Shown piece by piece: positions 54,545 to 64,000 of a stretch of DNA of 64,000 nt. Below the pieces are notes generated by a model. That model saw nothing but the letters and a program-made list of their open reading frames with translations. It did no database searches and was not told the origin of the DNA. Location: the NCBI RefSeq assembly GCF_964204645.1, contig NC_134025.1:13640001-13704000 (forward strand). The letters run 5' to 3'. This DNA comes from Tubulanus polymorphus (taxonomy: Eukaryota; Animalia; Nemertea). Position numbers and translations under genes: made by a program. How positions within the stretch are numbered: the stretch's first letter is position 1; each line of letters starts with the position of its first letter.

Positions 54545-56033
54545 TATTCACACTGGTCAGTTTTCTCAGCTCCGCAGTATTTGAAGGATGGGGAGCAATA
54601 GAAAACAAACCGGGATCTGAGATCACCGAGCCAACACCATGTTATGCATTAAAATGTGGTTCTAATCTTTTTTTAATCCATTCCTACTACATAGAATATT
54701 GCATCTAGAATCCACTCGTGACCCACTCAAACTCAAATGACATGCACCACTCAAGATCCAAACGAAGACTGATCGCTACGCTGATCACACGTGACCAGTG
54801 TGAATAGTTATTCACACTGGACAGTGTTCTCAGCTCTGCGGTATTTGAAGGATGGGGAGCAATAGAAAATAACCTTGGTCCTTACCACCTGACCACAGCC
54901 CCTACTACATACCCCTTCCACATATAATAATCCCCAACTCCAATGCACTGAAAAGCCGATGCACTGAAAAACTGAGATTTAGCTCTTGGATTAAAATCAC
55001 GACCTTAAAATCGCCTGACTAATACATACGAATGTATACACCATGGTCGGTCCCAAATTCGTCACTTTTAACACACTGAACCTCAGATTCCAACCGGGTG
55101 ATCAACACCTTAATGATCCTTCTTTAACAGGACTGATTCTTATCATCTCTCCTAGTTCTACAATAATTGTCTTACCATCTTAGCGAGCTCTTATATCTTA
55201 AAGTCCCATTTCACAGAATGAATTCTACTTTTAGCCTGCTCGGAATCTCATCATCTTTAAAGTCCTTCTATTGGACTCATCATCTTTATTGTCCGCTCTT
55301 CTACAATACCGCACTCTTATCATCTTTATAGTCCTTCTTCTACAATACCAGACTCTGATCATCTTTATAGTCCTTCTACAATACCGGGCTCTTATCATAT
55401 TTATAGACTATCAGACTCAATGTTATCATATTTATAGTCCTTCTGCAATACTGGACTCATCATCTTTATTAGTCCTTCTTCTACAATACCGGACTCTTAT
55501 CATCTTTATAGTCCTTCTTCTACAATACTGGACTCTTATCATCTTTATAGTCCTTCTTCTACAATACCAGACTCTGATCATCTTTATAGTCCTTCTTCTA
55601 CAATACCGGACTCTTGTCATCTTTATAGTCCTTCTTCTACAATACCGGACTCTAATCATATTTATAGACTATCAGACTCTTATCATATTTATAGTCCTTC
55701 TGCAATACCGGACTCTTATCATCTTTATTAGTCCTTCTTCTACAATACCGGACTCTTATCATCTTTATAGTCCTTCTACAATACCAGACTCTGATCATCT
55801 TTATAGTCCTTCTTCTACAATACCGGACTCTTGTCATCTTTATAGTCCTTCTTCTACAATACCGGACTCTAATCATCTTCGCAGTCCATCTACAAACACC
55901 CGCCTAGCCTAAACCAACGTTTCTCAACCACAGTTGAGATCCGAAAATTCCCATACGAGCACACACGTCTGAACGCGACGAGATCCAACGAAGACTCTTC
56001 GCTACGCTGATCACACGTGACCAGTGTGAATAG
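54545..56033. mobile_element. Tandem pair of Harbinger-like MITEs, second copy expanded by a minisatellite
   Basis: TIR TATTCACACTGG / CCAGTGTGAATA bounds 54545-54807 and 54809-56033; shared 5' and 3' segments. Confidence 0.65.
55130..55895. repeat. Minisatellite, unit about 39 bp (ATCATCTTTATAGTCCTTCTTCTACAATACCGGACTCTT)
   Basis: Directly visible tandem array with 36-bp and shorter variants and degenerate edges. Confidence 0.93.
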
Positions 56034-56467
56034 CACAACTGTGCCAGTTTGAAGGATTTTCCTATTGTAATCGCTACCATGATGATGATTCCATTTCAGT
56101 TTTAGAGTAAATGTTTTACACGTCATGGTGTAAACAATTGACGATAAGTTTACTAAAATCTTTAGATTTCGGGAGTATCTTGATTTCCTCGAGTAAAATG
56201 ACCAAAAAATCATTTCAGCCATAAGCATTTAAGTCATATAACATCATATTGGTACCTATATTTAGACTGATTTCACCATTTGTACTGTGTACAGAAAGTC
56301 CCTTAATTGCAATGGACAAAATCATCTTAGATAGGGCCTATCTTGAATATCCTTTATAGGCCTGAGTAGGCTTTGTAAGTACTCCATACCGCATCTCCGA
56401 ATTTTGGTGAATTGTTTTAATTTATCTAAGAATAAAGCATTAGGTCTATGTGTCTTCCGATTGAGCA

Positions 56468-58589
56468 TTTTTAGCCCACTTGGGACTTTAGACCCTGCGG
56501 GCTATTGCATTCACCTTTCGTCCATCGTCCGTCATAGTGTTTGTCCGTCCGTAGACGGAATCTAGTTATTTTGGGAAGTTTTTAAGACGCTAAAACCCTT
56601 AACCTGCCGGCAGCTTTAATGTTAAGTCCTGTGTGCGCCAGGTGATTTGCGTGTTAATGAAATTTACTCATCAAATCCTCATAACTTCCAAAACTATTGT
56701 ATATAGGGCATTGAAACTTCACAGAGTTGTAGTTTATAGTCATAGCCACGGGATAGTGCTGAAAAATTAAACTTCCGATTTTTGAAAGAGGGGGTCCACT
56801 GGGTGGGGTCATTTTTGGGGGTCAAGTGCAAAACGACCCCCTAGAAAGTCAGAATACTCACAATTTTGTGTTACATTGTCGATATTCATAAATAAAGACT
56901 CTGTAGATTACTATATCCATCGTTAAAACCTTTTTTATGCTTCTTATTACAGTCTCAATGTTTGAGTCTTCATTAAAATCCCAAAATATCGGATTTATGG
57001 GCCGTTTTTTAGGTCAAAATTCTTCGAAATGAGAAATTACTTCCGGGTTCGGATTCTCGAGTATCGGTATTGCCGTGTGTTAAGAACTACGTCTCCAACT
57101 TTAAATGCGAGATAGGTCGAGCTGTCAACTACAGTCGCCTACGGCAAGTTAATGGTTAATCTGATGTCTTTATATTTGGGTTACACATGTATCTACCCTA
57201 GACACATCTTCAGCCCAAAAACAGCACTTTTTACACATTTTGGAAGGGAAATTTTGAAGACGCTTTGATCAATTACCTTGATCTTTCATACATATTTGAA
57301 ACCACAAAGGGCCCATCAGGAAAAGAAAAATTTGGTCGATCGGACTCAAGATGGCCTATGATCTTTTTAGTGCCCAAAAATGTCAATTTAGCCTGAATTC
57401 TGAGTCCTGTAGCAGCTCCTTACTGGTTTGCCATTTCTCATTGCAATTTGTGATGGGTATTCTTTGAAAAGGGATCTTTTATACCTGAGACAGGTAATTT
57501 TGATCAGCCAATTATGACGCAATTAGCGGCCATCTTGGTGTCATCAGTACTCATTCATAAGTGGGAAAGTTATTCCACATTATATTGATACCTAAGCATA
57601 TTTTGTAACCACAATCAATCGGAAAGTTGTAGATCATAACAATTCAGGGATGAAAATCTTCCGACCATAGACGGATTTCCGACCTTTTCTAACATTTTCT
57701 TTATTCCTGAGAACAGTGTAAATCACCTCAATCGCTTTAATCACCTCAATTGCGGGCGTCACATCGGAACACTCTGTAGTTAGGAGTGCTCCTTAAGACG
57801 GTTTTCGCCAGTTGTTAGCACAACTGTGGAGTCGGAGAAACCAACTATTAACCCAAACTATTAACTCTTTGACCAAAGTGAAGTAAGTTTTTTGGCTAAA
57901 AGTTACTGATTTTTGTTCCCCAAAAAAATTCTTTTTTCTTAAAATATTTTACGACTTTTTCAATATGGTTCATTTTCATCCCTGGTTTAACATATTCTAT
58001 GATTTTGATGTGTTTCAAGGTTATTAGTTTTTGTATATGGCCACCAGGAGCGTTGAATAATACAATAACTTAGTATTTCTATATTATATTTGTACCTATG
58101 TGTATTTTGTTACCACAATCAATTGCAAAGTTGTAGCTAATGACATCGGCGAGTTTTAAGGACATTAGTTATTCTATAATATAGTTTAACATTATTGTCA
58201 CCAGGGGGGTTGAATAGTAGAATAATCTAGTATTTCCTTATTATTTTGGTGCCTAGGCATATTTTGTTACCATGATCAATTGCAAAGTTGTAGCTCATGA
58301 CATGTTCTATGATTGTGGTGGGTTTCAAGGTCATTGGGTTTTGTATATGGTCACCAGGGGGCGTTGAATAGCAGAATAACTGAGTATTTCCATATTAGAT
58401 TGGTAACGAGGCATATTTTATCACAATCAATTACAAAATCGTAGCTGCTGACATGTTCTATAATTGTGGTGAGTTTCAAGGTCATTGGTTTTTGCATGGT
58501 CACCGGGGGCGTTGAATATTGAAATTGTTAGATTGTTGAGCATTTGAAACCACTTCCCAAGTGGGCATGGTGTCCCTGGACCCCTAATT
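56468..58589 (+). mobile_element. Helentron-type element family A with two nested MITEs
   Basis: Both termini present; nested piggyBac-like MITE 56596-57155 (CCCTTAACCTGCCG / CGGCAAGTTAATGG-TTAA) and CAGGGATGAAAAT / ATTTTCATCCCTG element 57645-57984. Confidence 0.85.
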
Positions 58590-59056
58590 CGAATAGCGAT
58601 TTAACACAGTATGAAATAGTACTACAGTCAAAAGTGGCAAGGTCATTTGTTTTTGTATATGGTCACAGGGGGCGTGGAATAGCTGAATAACTTAGGATTT
58701 TCATATTTTCTAGCAGTCTATGAGACGGCTGCTCTATCCGTTCGGCATAAGCAGGCTTGCGACAGCAACCCGACACCTACTGACTCGCAGCCAAAAGTGT
58801 TCCTATTATCCCCAGATCCTGAGAAATTCCTCTGAGGAATTGTGAAAAGAAATTAATTATTCATTCTCTAAAAATTTTATAGTGTTTGTATTTTAGTTTA
58901 TTTCAATGTAACAATCTGTTTTGATAATAAAATGTGTGGCTGACGATGAAGTGTAGTAGTAATAAATAGTAACGTAGTTATGTAGTTGGTAGCATAGGTC
59001 ATACCTACCTTCCCTACAAAGCATAGTGTAATTGCCAGACAGTAGGTCAATGGCAT

Positions 59057-59501
59057 GATCACGATTGGTAGAACACTATATCCGTGTTGACGCGATGAGG
59101 AGAGAATCCCACAATGATAATAAAAAGTCCGAAAATGACACTTCGAGATAGTAGTTTATTTCAACGTTTCGACTATATCCTAATAGTCATCTTCAGGAAT
59201 AATGAGATACTACAGAAATTATGAGATATATATACAATCCAATATATTTATTTTATATAAATTGATTGTATATATATTATATATTATTGTATATATTATT
59301 ATGATTGTATTATTATTATATTATTATGATTGAATATATATATTATTTTATATAAATTGGATTGTATATATATCTTATAATTTCTGTAGTATCTCATTAT
59401 TCCTGAAGATGACTATTAGGATATAGTCGAAACGTTGAAATAAACTACTCGAAGTTTCATTTTCGGACTTTTTATTATCATTGTGGGATTCTCTCCTCAT
59501 C
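59057..59501. mobile_element. Penelope-like element terminal remnant, inverted duplication with 13-bp TSD
   Basis: AGGTCAATGGCAT at 59044-59056 and 59502-59514; arms of about 150 bp near-perfectly inverted around an AT-rich spacer; 40-bp unique extension at left. Confidence 0.8.
59397..59443 (+). ncRNA. Minimal type I hammerhead ribozyme motif (mirror copy on minus strand at about 59157-59202)
   Basis: UAUUC-CUGAAGA-U-GACUA(uuaggaua)UAGUC-GAAA-CG-UU-GAAAUA: CUGANGA and GAAA boxes, stem II, palindromic ACGU stem III. Confidence 0.65.
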
Positions 59502-60519
59502 AGGTCAATGGCATTCCTACACACCTTCCTATAGTCCCCACACGTTAGCCATGAAACTCTGTAAAAGCAGTGTTCTCTATGTGAATGATACTCAATGAAT
59601 GAATGAAGTTCACATGACAGGCACTATGTGGTAGTTTTCATTACGGCATAGACCACATAATGACATTAGAATGCACTTAAAATGGCTCAAAAAATTGCCA
59701 AAACTCACCCTTCAGGCTTCATGTCTGGGGTGTTTGTCTTGGCATAGATACAGGCTTGTACAATTTTTTCCCCAATAATGACTAACGGACATTTTTTGCC
59801 ACCGCAGAAACCCTGCATGGAACAAATTTTGACCGCTAGTTAGCATCATTAGTATCAAGTCACAATCTTTCGAATTCAAGTAGTTTCAAACGCAAACCAA
59901 ACCTTCAGTATGGCAGATGACAGACCGAACATCGAGAAATGAAATTTGTAGAATTATGGTGTGAGTGGCCTATGATGTCGCTAGCACATTGTATTCAAAA
60001 AAGAATCAGAAAGATAAAGATTTTAAAGAAATAGCTTTTCAATTGGAAATATATTTTTCCCAATAATTAAAAGTAACTTGATTTTATTCTCAAAATGCTT
60101 GTCACATAACCTTCTGGGCCAGTGCAGTTGCCAGTAATCGTAACCTACATAAGCCGGGAAGCAACTGGGCGGATCTTGTATCCCGCAAGACGAAGTCAGT
60201 TGCTGGAAACCGGAGCGCTGTCGACATAAGCTGGGCTGCAATCGCGGTTACTCTTAGTTGCGTCAATATGAGTGAGTAGGCGTCGCATCGCTTGTCAACA
60301 TTAGTCGACCTTTATACATTCAAACTGTCCGGACCAAGTAGCATATGCATGTGGCTTAGCTGAGCCCATAACCTATCGATTGTGTGTGGAAGACTGCAAT
60401 AATAGAATTGCTAATATCATCTACGTGTAAAAATAAAGAAGTAGCACTTACTTTGTTCAGTCCATTTGTTTTATCTGTAATCGCAATCATACCTGACAAG
60501 TGGGAACTTTTTTTTTCAG

Positions 60520-60651
60520 GGGTCTTTTATTAGACGGGAAAAATGGCCGACAAACTCGAGGTCTAATTGTCTTACTCATGTCTAAAGCAGCTGGGATTTC
60601 CGAAACCCCTCAGTCAATGGATTCAAATGTTGTTAGTGGAATTCACAACAG
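60520..60651 (+). CDS. PDSS2: PDSS2 coding exon 2 (GLLLDGKNGRQTRGLIVLLMSKAAGISETPQSMDSNVVSGIHN)
   Basis: Matches human GLVHD...QLRGLVVLLISKAAG...MVSGIY; tttcag acceptor phase 2; 132 nt; gtcag donor. Confidence 0.95.
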
Positions 60652-61859
60652 GTCAGAATAACACATGTTCATAAAAAATCATTGGTGTTATAAGCTTATA
60701 CGGACTTAATGCACTACAAACAATTCAGGCCGTAATATATTTTGTGGAAACTTTTCATTGTGAATACAGTAAACCTTGTATAAGTGGGATCAGTGAAAGT
60801 CGGATAATTGCTTATAGTAGACAAATAGTGATGGTCCTGATTTTTCCTTCTCTTTTTCAAAAAAACTAAAGAAATGTTTTTCTTGGTCCCAAAAGATTCA
60901 ACTTAGGCAATTTCTACTGTAGAATAAAGGATGTTTAAAAAAACCTAATTTCAAACATCTTGCTTTTTCGCAGATCGTTCATTCTGACTGCACAAATTAT
61001 TATAACATATTTATTATAAGTGTAAGGTACGAATTCCAATTTTCTAGATAAAACTTAAGAATTTGAATGCCTAAAATGTGCTGATGCAGATCACGGATCA
61101 GAATGAGCTGAGAATAGCATTTGCCAGATGTTTTTTGGTGCCAGCTACAAAAATAAACTCAGTATTACCTGACTGGTATGTGAATATATCATATTTTGTA
61201 ACCACAATAAATTGCAGAATTGTAGCTCATGGCATGCTAGGCCTATATGATTATGGTGATTTTCAAGCTATCAAATTCTGTGTGTTCACCAGGGGCGTGA
61301 ATAGTGGAATAACGTGGTACAGTAAACCACACCTTACTCGGACATGGCCATCTCAGACTTCGGGGTAACCTGGACAAAAACAAAATCATTTTTCAGACTT
61401 CTTAAAGTATTTTCCTATCCTTAACTCAGACACTGCTTACCTCGAACTGGTCTTTCCAGTTCAATTTTGTCCGAGTCAGGCGAAGTTTACTGTATTGCCG
61501 TATACTTCAGTAACTATGCATATTTTTTAAACTCAATCGATTGCAGAAGTGTAGCTCATGACAATGATTTTTGTATCAATTCACCCCGGGGGTGGTGTTC
61601 AGTATTGAATTGCCAGATTGTCAAGCATTTCACCAAGTGGTGTCCCTGGACAACTAGTTCTGACATTATGATATTTGATATTTGGTTCATACATGTATCT
61701 ACCTTAGACAGCAGTCCAAACACTTTGCCCAATCATATTCAAGATGGTTGACTCGTGGCTATTGTTGTTTGCTGAAATCGGGTTGTTTACACATTTTTGG
61801 TTTACCTTTGTTAGCGATATTGAAGTTGGCATTGAGCCAATTATGTAAAATCGCGGTAC

Positions 61860-63125
61860 GTTTTTAGCCCACTTGGGACTTCAGTCCCAGCGGGCTATTG
61901 CGTTCACTTTTCGTCTGTCCGTTCGTCGATTCGTAGATGGAATCCAGTTATTTTGGTAAGTTTTTAAGACGCTTCAATGTAATGTCTTGATATTTGGGTT
62001 ACACATGTGTCTACTCTAGACACATCTTCACCCCAAAAACTGGCCCTGTCAGAATCAAGATGGCCGACTGTCAGCCATTGTTGTTCGCCAAAATCAGCAT
62101 TTTTTACACAGTTTTGAAGTTTTTGAGGGAAATTTTGAAGACGCTTTGATCAATTACCTTCATCTTTCTTATATATTTGACTCCCCCAAGGGCCCATCAG
62201 CATCAAATTTGGTCAATCAGACTCGAGATGGCTGTCCTATGACCTTTTTAGTGCCCAAAATAGTCAATTTTGGCTGGAATTCTGGGTCCTGTAGCATCCT
62301 TCTGGTTTGCTATTTCTCATTGCAATTTGTGATGGGTATTCTTTGGAAAGGGATGTATTATACCTAAGACAGGTATTTTTGATTAGCCATTTATGACGCA
62401 ATTGGCGGCCATCTTGGTGTCATCAGTACTCATTCGTAGGTGGCAAAAAGGTTTTTCCACATTATATTGATACCTAAGCATATTGTGTTACTACAATCGA
62501 TTGGAAGTTGTAGCCCATAACATGTTCTATGATTTTGGTGAGTTTCAAGGTCACTGATTTTGGTATGTGGCCACCAGTGGGCATTGAATAATACAATAAC
62601 TTAGTATTTCTACATTATATTTGTACCTATGCATATTTTGTCACCCGAATCAATTGCAAAGTTGTAGCTCATGACATCGTCTATGATTGTGGTGAGTTTT
62701 AAGGACATTAGTTATTCTATATGGTCACCAGAGGGCGTTGAATAGTAGAATAACTTAGTATTTCCTTATATGATTGGTACTTAGGCATATTTCGTTACCA
62801 TGATCAGTTGCAAAGTTGTAGTTCATGACATGTTCTATGATTGTGGTGAGTTTCAAGGTCATTGGGTTTTGCATATGGTCACCAGGGGTCGTTGAATAGT
62901 AAAGTAACATGGTATTTCCATATTAAATTGGTAACGAGGCATATTTTGTTATCACAATCAATTACAAAATCATAGCTGCTGACATGTTCTATGATTGTGG
63001 TGGTTTTCCAGGTCATTGATTTTTGTATATAGTCACCAGGGGGCGTTGAATATTGAAATTGTTAGATTGTTGAGCATTTGAAACCACTTCCCAAGTGGGC
63101 ATGGTGTCCCTGGACCCCTAGTTTT
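61860..63125 (+). mobile_element. Helentron-type element family A, full-length copy
   Basis: 5' TTTTAGCCCACTTGGGACTTCAGTCCCAGCGGGCT; 3' TCCCAAGTGGGCATGGTGTCCCTGGACCCCTAGTTT; four tandem units of about 154 bp. Confidence 0.88.
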
Positions 63126-64000
63126 ATGTGAGCATTTGTTTCATTGGTTCTCGGCTTAAATGACGCATAATCGATGTGATCGAAGACATGGCGAACCTCC
63201 GTCGATGACATGGTCAACTTGTTAAAATTCTACGGAAAACTGTTTTTGGCCGGATGATTTTAGCGCTTGCGTAAAAAATGTAATGACCTCAATTGGGGGG
63301 CATTGTCTCTACAAGCGAATGTGATTGGCCCTTTTTGGGATATACGGGGAATTCCGGCGCTACTAGAATAATTATGGGAAAGCCAAAATAGCGAACGTTT
63401 CATTGGACTAGGCGCTGTGCGCTTGCAAATTCCAAATGCTCATTGCTGGTGAAAATACAATTATTTTACATATCCGCCATAGGTATTGTTTCATTTTAAT
63501 AGCCGGTGATTGTTTTAATTGACATTGAAGTGTAAGTGAACATTCACATGGCCTCCATGTGCACGCTGAGTGCTAATCATTAGACACACCCTCCTACTTC
63601 TTCAATATACACTACTATATATAGTGATACTGTAATAACGCTGCTTGCTGGCGCGCGCACGTTTGACATGAAAATAAGCTTTCATGTAAACTATTATAGC
63701 AGAAGATGAGCGCTGTGTTTTCTTTTTGATAGAATTTGTAATGAATTTCAATTTCTTGTGCCCTGAAAATACTTAGCAGCAAACTATAGGTATAGGTCAA
63801 GGTCTGAATATTTTAGTGGTATTAAAACGATCTACTGACATACGCCGATTTTTAATTACGGTACCGGTATGTTTCGTAGCTTCTGTGGCCATACATTGGA
63901 AAAGGTTGCCAAGACTCAATATTTAGCCACCCTCTGATTTGTGATATCATATGAATTTTATTCAAATATTTTTCATTTTGTGAAAAATATTTTTTCCAAC

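Noticed and set aside
55271-55912. 213-aa hydrophobic repeat ORF and antisense ORFs
   Set aside because: Produced by a 39-bp (13-codon) minisatellite with frameshifting variants; no splice or codon support
62520-63060. Regular repeats resembling a CRISPR array
   Set aside because: Units are contiguous tandem repeats with no unique spacers, in a eukaryotic intron, with no cas genes

Overview
AT-rich eukaryotic (metazoan, probably marine invertebrate) genomic DNA with spliced genes in transposon-dense introns; no prokaryotic features. Two head-to-head gene pairs were reconstructed exon by exon with phase-consistent GT-AG junctions. The first is B3GALNT2 (minus strand, 6 exons seen, 3' part not found in the window) with a SPATA45-like gene (plus, complete). 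The second is MLYCD (minus, complete, 9 coding exons, about 485 aa) with PDSS2 (plus, first 2 exons). Mobile DNA includes a degenerate DIRS retrotransposon (Gag, RT/RNase H, methyltransferase, tyrosine recombinase, ITRs plus ICR), a 5'-truncated LINE with a long (TA)n tract, a tRNA-derived SINE, two hAT transposase remnants, CACTA, piggyBac, Tc1/mariner and Harbinger-type MITEs, and at least five copies of a Helentron-type non-autonomous element. The most notable observations are: (i) that element carries about 154-bp tandem units, each with a CTCF-like motif; (ii) two intronic Penelope-type palindromes with minimal hammerhead ribozyme cores and clear TSDs; (iii) CAG-terminated elements with 5- and 6-bp TSDs; (iv) an MLYCD lacking obvious targeting signals. 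All family assignments come from recall of motifs and homologous proteins, not from database searches.
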